From Chiloscyllium plagiosum (Eukaryota), in assembly GCF_004010195.1 (NCBI RefSeq), contig NC_057716.1:19011429-19075428 (forward strand): a DNA stretch of 64,000 nt, in the 5' to 3' direction. Numbering within the stretch: position 1 is the first letter of the stretch; each line of letters starts with the position of its first letter. The notes beneath the pieces are model-generated. The model did no database searches and was not told where the DNA came from. It saw nothing but the letters and a program-made list of their open reading frames with translations. The position numbers and the translations under genes are program-made. Shown here in pieces: positions 37,766 to 51,572 of this stretch.

Positions 37766-39294
37766 TCTACAGATGCTTTGATATGCAAATTAATTGACCA
37801 TTTTATTTATTGGGGGGGTCTGGCAGAAGTCTGCAAATTTAAACACATCTTCGAGCATATTTATGACTTTGAAGTGAGACTTTATAATTTGACATTCTCT
37901 CCCCCCAAGATATCTGTGCTGAACAAATATTTTAAGGTAGAGCAACACAGGGTTTCAGTTAAATATAAGCCTGGCTAATTTTCAAATCGTTACCCCTCAA
38001 ATGTCTTTTCTCAGCCTAAAAATTCCAAGGTGAAATTAAGATCTGCTGTCACTCCCTAGTGAGTACTGCAAGTGAAATTTTTTGACTCAGTACCACACAG
38101 GGTTTTACAGATTCTCAGGAAACTCCCTATACTGCTGCCAAATTCGCACTGCTAACACTCCAAAGAGTAAGACTGATATTTGATAGTCGTGTTGAATGCT
38201 ACAAATGAGAGGTAAAGGTCTGCTGCTTGATGCCTGGAATGAATGCAGATTTTATAAAAAGAAAACACTTGTTGGCATATCTAAAATAGGAACTACAAGC
38301 ATTGGTTGTACAGAAAGTCTGCCAGCATCAGCATGCAAAGAATCCGAAGATAGTTGTCCAACATTTTCACATGTTGCTGGTCCTGCACTATATATCTGCA
38401 GGATTTTCTGACATAACAATGAAATTATGCAATATGTGAACCATCATCGTACAGCTGATATTGTTCCAACCCATTTGTTCTCCTTTTAGATTTTCTTTAT
38501 TGTTTCTTTTCTTGACTGCTATAACCAAACACAAGTTTTGCTTGAGCAATTCTTTTCCCTCATTGGTGTGTTGAAATTGCCATAAATACTTTTTATTAGT
38601 TGTGTGTATTATTTAGTTGGCCAATTGGGTGTCTTCAGAGTATAAATGGGAGGATAGGGTCACAATCAAGGGATTATCAGAATATGGGATGTAAGTGATT
38701 CGGAAAGTTGAGTTAATTGCAGGATTTAAGTGGGAGTTAAATTGGTGCTTAGAAGAAAAAATATTATAGATTCCAGAGAATGAACAGGGATTGGAATCAG
38801 CTGTGATATGTAGCATGGAAAAATACTGTCATTCTTTATTGAAGCGTGAGTTCCATTGACTGTGACCAGGCATGTATTTAGAAATACATACTAGATTTTC
38901 ACAGATAATTAATGATCGTATGTGAATGGCTTTTTTGGAGATTTCAAATGATGTTTCTGAACATCTTTTTGTGGGAAGGGTGTAAAGGACGTGGTATGAT
39001 ATTTGCTGGAGTGTTAGCTAAGAAGGACAATTCGATTAGTTTTAGTTTATCCTTTTAAACTAAATTAACCCCTGATTGTAGGATTCAGTTTCTTGAATAA
39101 TTTTTTTGCATTTCTATCTCTACTTTACTTTATATGGAAATTTATTCAATGTTTGTTCCATATGAAGAACTTTCTGATAATGATCCTAAATTAGCAATTT
39201 GTGTCGAAATGTATCTCCATGTTTCAGGGTCTGACTTGACTTTACTATGTCTGTAACTAAATTATATTTGCAAAAATCACTTGTTAGAGAGATT

Positions 39295-40160
39295 GAGAGT
39301 CATACAATGTAGAAACTGACAATTTGGCCCACCATATCTATGCTGACCAATAAACACTAAAGTACACTAATCCCATTTACTTCCTCTTGGTCAATAGCCT
39401 ATCACATGCTTTCTTTCAAGACTGAACAACCTAGGTTTCTCCCTTCTCTACTGAAAATGAACTTTAAAACTTGTCCTTCTGTTTGTTAGGTGACCAGTGC
39501 TAGACAAAGTAACATGAGTGATAAAAGAACAATACTGCACAGGAAGAAACCCTTCAGCCCTCCAGGCCTGCGTCACAACATTTTGCCTATCCATACTAAA
39601 ATTGTTTTCACTTCCAGGATCTGTATCCCTCTGTTTCTTTCCTGTGCATGTATTTGTCCAGGTGCTACTTGAATGCTACTTTGCATCTGCTTCCACCGTC
39701 TCTCCTGGCAACACGTTCCAGGCACTCACTACCCTTTTTGTGCAAAACTTGCTTTGCACATTTATTTCAAACTTTTCCCCCTCACACCTTGATCTTGTGT
39801 TTCCTAGAAATTGACCCCTCAACCCTAGGGAAAAAGCCTCATACTTTCCACTTCTATTCGCAATCTTTTAAACTTCTATTAGGTCTCCCCTCAACCTCCT
39901 GCATTTCAGTGAAAACGGTCTATTTCACCTTTTTTTTTATTTTTCATAGCTAAACTTCCACCCTATCAGGCAACATCATGGTAAACCTTATCTGTATCCT
40001 CTCCAATGCAGCCACATCCTTCTAGTAGTGTGGTGACCAGACTTGTACACAATATTCCACGTGTGGCCTAACTAAAGTTTAATAAAGCAGCAGCATAACT
40101 TGTCTATCTTTATACTCAATGTCCCTTCCAATGAAGGCAAGCATGCCATAGGCTTTTTTT
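39295..40160 (-). mobile_element. CR1/HER1-type LINE 3' fragments (two pieces)
   Basis: Reverse complement of the CR1 C-terminus (..RGDLIEV.K.., VSAWNVLP) and WSPHY/RPHVEYCVQ motifs at 39900-40070. Confidence 0.75.
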
Positions 40161-41464
40161 TTGATCAATGATCTGATCAGATCATCAAGCAGTCTATTCA
40201 CCAAATCCTCTGATTCATACACTTTTAGATATATTATTCAGCATTCAGTTGATCATCTTCTAAATTGCTGCACTGCTCTAGGCCTTTTAAGCTTTGAGTC
40301 TACATTCTCAGGCTCAATATTGTATGGTTGATCTGTGTGAGTGCAGATTATATTTTTTAATATGTTATGAATATATACTAATAACTTTTACACATGTATA
40401 ATGTCCTGCTGACTGAGTTGGGAAAGAGTATCAGCAAGTGCATACTCTGCTGTGTCGACTCCATAGTTCATTTACTTGATGTTTTGGGGTTCCCTTATGA
40501 GGTGTGAATACTTCAGTGAGATTCAAAAGGATATATCATGATGCCAGTGAGTTAACACTTTTAGGAAAGGAGAATATTGTTCAGGAAAAGAAATTACAAA
40601 ACAATTTTAATCGTCAAAGCTAAGTCAGCCACACAATATTTAGCTTTGGTTATCTTACATGTGGTGTTAATGGTTTGATCTCTTTTGAAGATTTCTGGCA
40701 GCTACTCTATTTGAACCTAGTGCAAAGACATCTTCACCAAAAGAACATTATCTAAAATTATAGTTATGTTAAGATATTCAGTGCCATTGCTATAATGATC
40801 GGGCTGTTCATTTCACTGCCCACTTCTTTCTGTTCAAAAAACTTGCAGCATGGAATATCCTACTTGACTGCAGACCAGCTGATATCTGTACCAGTTGATC
40901 ATATAACACTGCCTTTGGGATCTTTTTATTTTTTGTTGTCAATTAAAAGGTTTAGATTTGATTTGATAACGTGCACACAGGCTGTGTGTCAGACTGCTTG
41001 GAGCACTGTTGGAATGTGTTTTGCCACAGTGTTGCTGTCCTAGAGCTATCATTATGCTGAAACATGTGGAAAAAAAAGTTTTACTGTTTTTTCCCAGTTA
41101 CTGGACTAAGATCCACAATAATTGCTTTATATGAAATTTCTCCCCATGTTTAAGTGGTGAGAACTGCTGTATCAGTTAATGTTTGCTTCTGAATTTACAA
41201 GGCTACCAAGCTAATTCATAAAAATTACACTCATGACACTTTCTAATAAGGGTTCTTTCTAATTAAGGTTCTAACAAAGTTTAGCTCAATACTAAATGTG
41301 CATTCAGTCAAAAGTGCTATCCTTTTGAATGAGCTGTTAAATCAATTTTGGTTGTTTTGTTCGTGTAGCATTATTTATTTTTTTAATAAGTGATTTTTTT
41401 TTTAAAAAGTGTCTTGGAGTTCTTCCTGCAAACTGCTTCATCAAATGGAAAATACCAGACCATG

Positions 41465-41554
41465 GGACTGGGTGGCTTACTCTTCGGAGGGTCGGTGTGG
41501 ACTTGTTGGGCCGAAGGGCCTGTTTTTACATTGTAGGGGAATCTAATCTAATCT
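41465..41554 (+). mobile_element. HE1-type SINE 3' fragment
   Basis: tcttcggagggtcggtgtggacttgttgggccgaagggcctgttt followed by (aatct)3. Confidence 0.85.
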
Positions 41555-41763
41555 GGTTGTCTCAATTCGGATGCAAGTACTGCCGGTGCTGGAAATCTGA
41601 AATAAAATCAGAAAATGCTACACTTTCTCATCAGGTCATGCAGCAGCTGTGGAGAGAAATCATCATCACAACTTTTGATGAAGTTTTGAAGTGTTAACTG
41701 TTTTTCTTTTCACTAGTTCCTGACTTCGAGCATCTCTAGCATTTTTTAATTTACATTTGGCCA

Positions 41764-42075
41764 TGATTAGATACCATACAGTGGGAAAACAGGCCCTTTG
41801 GCCAAACTAGTCCACATCGACCCTCCGAAGAGTAACCCACCAAGACCCATTCCCCATGTTTACCCCTGACTAATGCACCTAACTCGATGGGCACTTTAGC
41901 ATGACCAATGCACCTAACTGCACCTGTTTGGACTGTGGGAGGAAACTGGAGCACCCAGAGGAAACCCACGCAGACACTGAGAACGTGCAAACTTTACACA
42001 GACAGTCGCCGAAGGGTGGAATCGAACCAAGTCCCAGTGCAGTGAGGCAGCAGTGCTAACCACTGAGCCACCGTG
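41764..42075 (-). mobile_element. HE1-type V-SINE
   Basis: Head, V-domain and tail all present on the minus strand. Confidence 0.9.
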
Positions 42076-42346
42076 TTTGTAGGATCTTGTTGTGTAAGAA
42101 GATTTTAGCATTAACTTAGAACTACAGTGATGTTTGTTTTTTTTCCATTTAATTTGTATGGCATGTATGCCATGGTACATTCATTAATAGAACTGGCATG
42201 CATTTACATTGCAGTACATCAGCTGCGCAGTCCAGTACTACTACAGGGAGAAATGCTTGAATAGCTGCTGAGCATATTGTTTACATATTATTTTAAGAGT
42301 GACTTTTTGAAGAGAAAAATATCTTTTGGCTGGTAGTGTAATAGAA

Positions 42347-42556
42347 CGTGTCTGTGTGGGTTTCCTCATGGTGTTCTGGTTTCCTCCCATGGTCCAATGA
42401 TGTGCAGGTCAGGTGAATTGGCCATGCTAAATTGTCCATAATGTTAGGTGCATTTGGTAGGGAAGTGGGGCTGGGTGGGTTGCTGTTCCGAGGGTCGGTG
42501 TGTACTTGTTGGGCTGAAGGGCCTGTTTCCACACTATAGGGAATCTAATCAAATCT
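42347..42556 (+). mobile_element. HE1-type V-SINE, 5'-truncated
   Basis: V-domain 3' half, tail and aatct repeats. Confidence 0.85.
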
Positions 42557-42905
42557 ACTGCTGAAGTTAAATATTTGAATGAAATGCATATGCAAGAAGT
42601 GTTTCTTGGTTTCACTTCTTAATTTATTGAACAGAGTTATTCCGTCTTTTCCAATTGCCATTTCTCTTAGCATTTATTCCCTTAATTCCTGTGTGTGTAA
42701 AATGGCTTTCTTGCACTGAAGTATTTGTTATTACTTCAATATACTGCATCAATGGTTGTTGACGCACAAGGGATTTCAAAGGTAACAGGGTATAATTTTT
42801 GAAACAATGTGTTTACAAATGGAAACAGACCAGAAATTCAGTTGCGCTAGAGTGTGTTTAAAATTTAATGACTTTGTTTTCTTTTAAATATTCATTCACA
42901 TGAAG

Positions 42906-43921
42906 TTCATAGAATCATAGAATCCCTACAGTGTGGAAGCAGGCCATTCAGCCCATCGAATCCATACTGACCCTCTGAAGAGCATCCCACCCAGACCCAC
43001 CTCTCAACCCTAGCCCTGTAATCCTGCATTTCCCATACCTAATCCACCTAACCTATACATCCCTGGCCACTGGGTGATGCAAAAACCTGCCTGTACACCA
43101 ACCCCTCATCTTCATCCGGGACCCCAAACAATCCTTCCAAGTGAGACAGAGGTTCACCTGCCTCTCTTCTCTTCTAACCTCGTTTATTGTATCAAGTGCT
43201 CCCGATGTGGTCTTCTCTACACTGGGGAGACCAAACGTAAACTTAGGGAATGGCTTGCCAAGCACCTCAGCCCAGGGGCTGACCAAACCTCCCAGTCACC
43301 ACCCATTTTAATTTCCCCTTCCCACTCCCTTTCTGACATTACCATCCTTGGCCTCCTCCATTGCCACAACAAATCAAACTGCAAATTGGAGGAACAATAC
43401 CTCATCTTCTTCCTGAGCAACCAACAGCCCAGAGACTCAACGTTGAGTCCTCCAATTTCAAATAACCTCCCTTCCCATCCCCCAACTCCCTTCCCCAGCC
43501 CCTCTCCCTCCCTGTCACCAACCAGATTCATTCCTCCCATTGACTAACCAGGTCTTACTCTCTACCTCTGCCAGGTCTTCACCTATCCCCCATTCATCAC
43601 CCTGCCCCCACCACCCCCTTTATCTGCAGCTCCCCCTACATCCACCCCCAGTCCTGAAGAAGGATTACACCGGAAACACGACTGCTCCACCTCCTGATGG
43701 TGCCTGGCTTGCTTTGTTCTTCCAGCCTCTTGCCTGTCTACAAGGGGCAATTTAGCATGACCAATTTAACTAACCTGCACGTCTTTGGACTGTGGGAGGA
43801 AACCCATGCAGACATGAGGAGAATATGCAAATACCACACAGACAGTTAGCTGACGGTGGAATGGAACCCAGATCCCTACCGCTGTGAGGCAACAGTGCTA
43901 ATCACTGAACCACCATGCCCC
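42906..43921 (-). mobile_element. HE1-type V-SINE split by a PLE insertion
   Basis: The SINE tail is at 42906-43070 and the V-domain and head at 43741-43921. The two parts join colinearly (...ccctggccac | aaggggcaatttagc...). Confidence 0.85.
43071..43741 (+). mobile_element. Family E Neptune-type PLE 3' fragment (GIY-YIG + terminus with hammerhead motif at about 43651-43683)
   Basis: SSNLVYCIKCSRCGLLYTGETKRKLREWLAKHL...ILGLLHC..KLEEQYLIF, then GTC-CTGAAGA-A-GGATTACACCG-GAAA-CACGAC. Confidence 0.85.
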
Positions 43922-44163
43922 AATTAACCTGAGGCTGTGCTCACCCTTTCACTTGAATGTAAAACTTCATATCGTGCAAGGTCATGACCAGCTTTTATCC
44001 TTCAGTCAATACTACTAGATTTGGTTACTTATCCATCCCAATGCTGCTTTTGGGATCTTGCTGTGCCCAAATTTGCTGCGACATTACCCCACATGATAAT
44101 TTTGATTACTAGTGTAAAGTACTTATTTGGCTGTGGAATATTCTGAGGTTGGTGGATAGTGTG

Positions 44164-44455
44164 ACATAAAATCAAGCCAAAGTTTGTGAGAAGATTTGTA
44201 GCTCGGGTGCTCGTTGTTGTGGTTCTGTTCGCCGAGATGGGAATTTGTGTTGCAGATGTTTCGTTCCCTGTCTAGGTGACATCCTCAGTGCTTGGGAGCC
44301 TCCTGTGAAGCGCTTCTGTGCCAGGCGGAGGAAAGATCACAGAAGCGCTTCACAGGAGGCTCCCAAGCACTGAGGATGTCACCTAGACAGGGAACGAAAC
44401 GTCTGCAACACAAATTCCCAGCTCGGCGAACAGAACCACAACATAAAATCAAGCC
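44164..44455. mobile_element. Family C mini fold-back element, young, with 15-bp TSD
   Basis: TSD acataaaatcaagcc at 44164-44178 and 44441-44455. Arms of about 105 bp are nearly identical, with a loop of about 17 nt. Confidence 0.92.
44367..44406 (+). ncRNA. Minimal type-I hammerhead ribozyme motif (family C variant)
   Basis: GCA-CTGAGGA-T-GTCACC-TAGACA-GGGAAC-GAAA-CGTC-TGC with a GUC triplet. Mirror copy at 44252-44291 (-). Confidence 0.7.
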
Positions 44456-45782
44456 TTTTATTTGAAATATTTTTCTTGTTAAAGAAAACTTGATCACAGA
44501 GATTGTTCTGTAAGTCTGTTATGGGATGGCTGAGGGGCAGAAGTTGGGAAGGAAGTTGGAAATGGTCGTAGTTGCTCAACGCCGTGTATGTGACCAGTAC
44601 TTTACATCTATTTCCTCTTCTGCAGGAAGTAATCCAGATATGAGATGCCTCATGGAGTTTTTCAAAGCTTGCTTGATAACCTCTTGTCGCATTGCTCCTA
44701 ATGGCCACTACTATTTTAAAATCTGTAATGTTTGCAACGTCTGGTGTGCGATAATGTCGTTTTAAATTGATAATTATTCCTGAGGGGGTTCTGTACAAGA
44801 TTAATTAATTACTTGTATTCTAGACTGCTCTCATTACTGCACATACAGTATTGCACTGCTACTTCCTGTGCTGTTATAGGTTGGCTCATAAGATTATAGA
44901 AAGACAAGTACAGCAGAGATAAATTAACTCCATGTTTCTGTTTCAGAATACAATGTGAAAAACTATGCCCCTATTAAATTCAAGCATTTTAAACTATAGT
45001 TTGTGATAGTTTATAGAACCAGGACATGTAACTGTGGGAAAAATCCCAAGTGGTTCTTTTGTATCTTGGTAGCACTATGGCATTTGTGCATATGGGTCAT
45101 ATGAAGATGCAGACAGTTTACGTTCACTGTCTGTGCCACAGTGCTATCCTGACAAATTCATAAAGCTTCATAAGTGAAATATAAACAAAATTATCACTTG
45201 TTCTGTATTACAATTATTATTTCATAAGAATTTTCCTTCTCTCCCTCCCCCCACTTTTATCCCTGGACTCTTCTTTCCATCAGCGTTGCCAGCTGTTTCT
45301 TGGCTCAATGTGTAAGCTGAGATGTAATGTTAGCAGGGGATTTAACTGTGGTGATGTAATTTCGGCAAGTTTTGGGGCTCCTAGTTGAAGCAGATGTGAC
45401 TGGATAGGAATTAAAAGTAGGAATGTGATGGTTTAGCTCGAGCATGCTGCATTTCATTATGGAATAAAAGACTTCCATTTATCAACTTTAGTATATTGCA
45501 ACAAAACATGTCCATCAAATGAAGTATTCTTTTGAATCTTTTTATTATAATATAGAAATCATGCAAGCCAATTTGAATACTGCTTGCTTCTACAACCTAC
45601 AATGGGTGATGATGACCAGATAGCCTAGTAATGGTGTTGCTCTTACTGGCCAGAAGCTACCTGCTGCACTATGCAATAGTGTCATCAGATCTTTTACGGA
45701 TGTAAGCTATCTTCAAGTTGAGGGTGCAGCCACTGAACAATGACTGATCATTGTATTATTCTATTGCCACCATCTGAGCACA

Positions 45783-45892
45783 GGAGAAAGTGAGGACTGC
45801 AGATGCTAGAGAGTCGGAGTCAAAAAACATGGTGCAGGAAAGGCACATGCTGCCTGACCTGTGCTTGTCCAGCACCACACCTTTTGACACTA
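45783..45892. mobile_element. Family B minimal fold-back element (no hammerhead left)
   Basis: ggagaaagtgaggactgcagatgct...ggtgcaggaaaggcaca paired with tgtgcttgtccagcaccacaccttttgac. Confidence 0.7.
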
Positions 45893-47019
45893 ACTGCGCA
45901 CTGACTGAGCAATAAAGTTGGAGCGCTCTGATCTAAATGGCATGCACTTGCAAAGTATTTACCAACATCATTCCCTGAGGGCAAAGAATTTGAAGATGCA
46001 CAGGTTAAACTGGTAGTGTCTTTTCATTGGGTTGTTGGGGGCTAAACAGCATAAAAAGCAAAGATGTTGAAAACTATATTGTAAGGAGATCCAAATTGTT
46101 GTTTATGGTTGGAAAAAGTTTGCTTATTTTAGCCAGAAGGATATTAAATTCTATGAAGTACAATGAAATGTATATTTGATTTTGGTAAATTAATGTCTTT
46201 AAGCTTTATCTATCTTATTGCAAAAACAAAACAATTGTTTATATTTAGAATTGAATGGTAATGTGACATTGGCTATCACATGAATGTTCAACTTGTAAAC
46301 ACTGATTGTAGCTGCAGACTGTAGTTGTTAAATTTAGGGAAATATTCCTTACCTGAGAGTCTCTAATATTTACAGTGAGAAATTAAATGTGTGTTACTTT
46401 TGCTGAATCCACTAAACTCTGAAGGCATATAGTAATTTCTGTTCCTAAACGTATTCCGTTTTAATTCTAGAAGAAAGAATTGGAAATGTGACAAGATTTT
46501 ACACTGAATTAATTAAAATGCATAATCTTTTCTTTACATGCATTTAAAGATTTATGGTATAGTCATAATACCCAAGTTAAAGAGAGAAGAGATTCAAAGT
46601 TAATAAGGAACATGAAGTGTTTCTCTGCTATAAGTTTCAGCTTTAAGAAAGTGGAATTGAAGAAAATACAGTGATCAAATGTTGGGGTAGGACAAAGATG
46701 ACTAATCTTAAAATATATTTATTGTTTAATTTTTAAAAAAATAATTGTTACAAGGTACAATATTTTGGAAAATGGGAGTGTTTCTGGCTGAAATGTTTTA
46801 TCCCACATTCAAACAGATGTAATGTAAATTGTTTCGGAGATTTGAGCCAGTACTTTTGGATGGAGAAAGTCATTTGTCTCTGGGAGTAAAAGAATTCTTG
46901 GGATCTTTTGGCATGCTTTTTGAGAGTTAGCAGAAATCTGTTGGATAGTCATATTGAGCAGTCTCCTCTGAGGGATGTAGAGGGTGGAAAATTGAAACAG
47001 AATGTCATCACAGAATTAA

Positions 47020-47335
47020 GAGTCATCGAGATGTGCAGCACAAAAACAGAACCTCTCGTCGAACTTGTCCATGCCAGTTTGGTATCCTAAGCTAATCTAG
47101 CCCCAATCGAGATGCCTTTTAAATGTTGTAATTGTACCAGCCTCCACCACTTCCTCTGGCCACTCATTCCATACACCCACCATCCTCTGTGTGGAAAAAA
47201 AACTGCCCCTTAGGTCCCTTTTTAAATCTTTCTCCTCTCACCCTTAACCTATGTCTTCTCGTTCTGGATTCCCCTACCCCAGGGAAAATACCTTATCCAT
47301 TTTCCCTATCAATGCCCTTTATGATTTTATAAAAT
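47020..47335 (-). mobile_element. HER1/CR1-type LINE 3' end
   Basis: Reverse complement of KIIKGIDRENG..FPGVGESRTRRHRLRVRGERFK..FFPHRGWWVYG. Confidence 0.8.
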
Positions 47336-48631
47336 TTATTTAAGTTCTAATAATTGACACTATGAAGTAATGTTTTGACAAGGCCATGCTTAAGTTAAGC
47401 ACACAATCAAATGTTTATCTCCAAATTGGCATGCACCACAATACGGTTGCCCCTTCCATATGATTGCTATCTTCTGAAGTAAACTGCTTTAAATCTTTTT
47501 AAAGTGCATTTGTGGTATGCTGCTAGAAAGACCAGCATTTGTTGCCCATTCCTAACTGCCCTTGAGCATTGGTGGCGAACAATCATCCTTAACCAATATC
47601 ATCTGTGTGTAGGTATACCAATGGTACTGTTAAAAGGATGCCAATCAAACCATCATTGTCGTGGAAGGTCTTACTAAGTCAGATCTCACCTTGAGCCTTG
47701 TAGATCAGAGGGTATTTGGAGTCAGAAACAAGTTGTCCACCATGGAATTTACCTGCACTTGTAGGTATTGTATTTACGTGGTTGGTCTTAAAGAATCCCA
47801 ATAGTTAAAGTGTGTAGAAGAATGACAAACACCCAAAGATTAATTTGATTTTAACATTTGAAAACTGCATTAAAATCAAAACACCATACACAACATTCTG
47901 TTTGAAAAGAATTTGGTGCAGGAATTATTCATTTCAATGTGAGGCATGAGGCAGACTTATCCTTGACGATTCATATGATGGACTTGCTTGATCAGCTGAC
48001 CACCAAGTTGTACCTGCCCATCCTTACATGACCTAAATCACCAAATAGATCTACATACATTCTGCAAACCATTTTAAGTTTTTTGTTGGTTCACCTGAGG
48101 TTGCCCTTCTGTGCTATGTTTCAGTTTTGTATATTTGCACATTTAGTTTGAAGTTTGCAGTCTCTTAATCTTGAGTCTCTTAGGCTTAATTTGATTGTTG
48201 TGGTTTTTCCATCCATGACAAAATCTTGATGGGACAAAGAACAGCACAAAACCAGATCAATACTAATTTGCATTTCTATTATGTTTCTTGCATTTAGAAC
48301 TTTGATCAACGATGAGATTGGGAAATGTAGTTTTGGAAATAGTATTGAAAGGGAAGGAGCTGGCAAGGCATAGTTAAGTATTGCGGTTTAGTGGCTACAA
48401 AAGCATCCACTAAAGGTAAGGTAGTGGTGAGCAGTTTGCTCTGCTCAGATGAGTGGATGGAATTTGATGAGGAGCTTGCAAAGCCATAGAAGAAACTTGA
48501 AAAGCTTTTAATGTAAATCAATCTCTGAATGAAAGGATAATTTGGGGGCTTAAAAAATGTGGTTAATTGTATAAAATGTCAGCATTCATTTTGTCATTTC
48601 CTCCACTAAAACAGACTTGTTTTTAGGTTTG

Positions 48632-48980
48632 GAGAGGTTGTGGCGTAGTGATGATATCACCAGACCGGTAATCCAAAGTCCAGGCTAATGTTGTGGGGAC
48701 ATGGGCTCGAATCCCACCATGAGTGTTAGGTGAAATTTGAATTCAATCAAGAAAAAACTGGAATTAAAAATTCTAGTCGAGGATGACTGTGTACTCATTG
48801 TCGATTGTGTTAAATACCCTAATGGTTCACTAATGTTTTTTAGGTAAGAAATCTGCCATCCTTATCTGATCTTGCTCACATATGACTAGCCCAACAGCAA
48901 GGCAGTTGGTTCTTGACTGTCCTCTGAAATTGCCTAACGAGCCACTTAGTTCACGGGTGTTAACAATAAATGGGATGGCT
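48632..48980 (+). mobile_element. tRNA-derived SINE (second family)
   Basis: A-box tggcgtagtga, B-box gggctcgaatccc, body gaaatctgccatccttatc and an aataaatg tail. Confidence 0.7.
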
Positions 48981-49533
48981 GAATTATTTAGGTGAGCTGA
49001 ATGCAGTCTCCATTGATCTTTTGTGGCCTTGTAAAAGGACCGATATATCACATTTACTTTAACAAACGTGGGTACCTGCAAGTTCAAACTTCAGTTACTG
49101 GTTGACAGTTGGAATTTGTTGTCAGTTGACCTAAGTCTGCTGTAGAAGCCATCCATTTGTAAGCTGAAGCTTGCTACCACTACATTCCAAAGATTGGTTT
49201 TACCATTGTAGTAGATGGGAGTCAGGATTATAAAGCTTCTACCCCATTAAAATTCCACCTTCACACTGGTTCTGAGTCATCTCAGCAGTTAATAAGGAGT
49301 TGCAGTTTCCAGGATTTTCCTAAGCTTTACAGACGAGGTTAGCAATAGAACATCAGAACTACATTCTGTAACTCAGACTTTACCTTGAGTAATATCATGG
49401 AGTTCTGCCAGTTTATTAATATTTTGTATAAAAGGCAGTGATATTCTGCATATGCCTTTATATCTGATCTACAGTTTTTAAAAAATGCCAAATGGCAGCA
49501 TTAACAATGTAAATTCTTTGAGAAACATTATAA

Positions 49534-49990
49534 TGGATGTAGGTTTGCCCACTGAGCTGAGGTTCATTTCCAAACTTTTTTTTACCTTACTAGGTAGCAT
49601 CTTTGGTGGACCTGATGTGAAACAATGCTGAAAATTCCTGCTTTCTATTTATATGTTTGAGTGTCTTTGGATTGGTGATGTTATTTCCTGTGGTGAAGTC
49701 ACTTCCTGTCCTTTTTCTCAGGGGGTGGTAGATGGGGTCTAACTTGATGTGTTTGTTGATAGAGTTGCGGTTGGAATGCCATACTTCTAGGAATTTTCGT
49801 GCATGTCTTTGTTTGGCTTGTCCTAGGATGGATGTATTGTCTCAGTCGAAGTGGTGTCCTTCCTCATCCGTATGTAAGAATACTAGTGAGAGAGGGTCAT
49901 GTCTTTGTGGCTAGTTGGTGTTCATGTATCCTGGTGGCTAGTTTTCTGCCTGTTTATCCAATGTAGTGTTTGTTACACTTCTTGCATGGT
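49534..49990 (-). mobile_element. Family C' Penelope/Poseidon-type PLE 3' fragment
   Basis: The reverse complement encodes HFD*DNTSILGQAKQRHARKFLEVWHSNRNSINKHIKLDPIYHPL. The terminus matches 9880-9980. Confidence 0.8.
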
Positions 49991-51572
49991 ATTTTATAAA
50001 TACCGTTTTATAAATATAGTTTTTCCTCTTCTATCTTAGTGTCTTTGGTCTTCAGGAATTCTTGGGTGGAGTGGATGGATGCTGAAACTTGAACGGTCAT
50101 TGATGCCCACTTGTCATATTGTTTGAGTTAGCATCATTCATCATTTAAACCCTACAATGAACCTGAGTATAAAATCCATTCTAGTGGTCCATTAATGAAC
50201 CAATGAGTGATTCTATTCTTAACGATTAATCCGAAAGGAAGCACCATGGACAGATACTGCTTTGCCTGTTGGGGTGTTGTAAATGATTACATAATGCTAT
50301 TCCCAAATCAGTTCTGCATTCTTCCTCAACCAATTGTTCCAGAATCTGATAACTCATTTATTAATTTAGTGTGGGTGGGCTGTTCCTGTAAACTAGTTGC
50401 AAGCCACATTTGCCTACTGGAATACTTCTGATAGAACTTAACAGGAATAAGTCATTTGGCACTTCAACTCTGCTGTCTAAGTTCATGGTTGATTTGGTTA
50501 AGTCTTAACTTTTTTTTAGTCTGCCTCCTGTAACTTTTGCCTTCCTTGTCTATCAAAAATCCCTCTAACTCTGGCTGGAAGAAATTAAATGACCCATCCT
50601 CCATTACTTTCTGGAGAAGAGAATTCTAAAGACACTAAACCCTCAGGGTAAAATGTCTCCTTGCTTCTGACTTAAAGGCAACTCCTCTTATTTTTAAGTT
50701 GTGCCCCCGAGTTCGTCTTTATTACAAAAGGAAACATTCTCTCAGAATCTACCCTGTAAACTCCCCATAGAATCATATGTTTCATTAAGATCACTTCTTC
50801 TAATCTCCAATTGGCAAGGTGCCTTTCTTCATAAGATAAGACCTTCCTCCTAGGAATGAGTTGTGTGAAGCTTCTCTGAACGGTGTAATGCAATTTCCTT
50901 GCTTTCCAAGTAAGATTAATATTGTGCACAGTGTTCCAGATATGATCTCATTATGGCCCTGTACTGCTGCAGTTAAGTTTATGCATTATTTCATTCTATA
51001 CTCCTTGCAATAAATGTCAACAAAGTCAAAAAGTGTGGCGCTGGAAAAGCACAACTGGTCAGGCATCAGCCAAGGAACAGCCAAAAAGCATTAGTTCTTC
51101 ATCAGAAATGTGGGGGGTGGGGCTGGGTGAAAGGAATGTGATAAGTAGATGAAGGTAGGGGTTGATGGTGATAGGTTGGCGCGGAGAGTAGCCCCTCTTG
51201 AACAGTCCTGCCTGTCCATCTTCCTTCCCACCCATCTGCTCCACCCTCCACCTTCATCTTCCAGCGCCACATTTTTTGACTCTGATTTCCAACATCTGTA
51301 GTACTCACTTTTTCTCTTAGTTGATTATAACCTTACTGCAAAGCCTCTTCCAAGGATGCTCACCTTGAAGTGTACAAGGATCTCAGTGAGTCTGTCTCTC
51401 TCACTGCAACCCCCAGGTTGTCTCCTCTGCTCTGAAGCTTTTCAGACAAGTTCTGAAGCAGACCCGCTACTACAGCCACATCTCCTTCCTCAGCGCCTGC
51501 CTACGCAACTGACTGCTCCCACGTGGACTCCAAACTACATTCAGACCATCACAATTTGAACCTGACCAGGAC

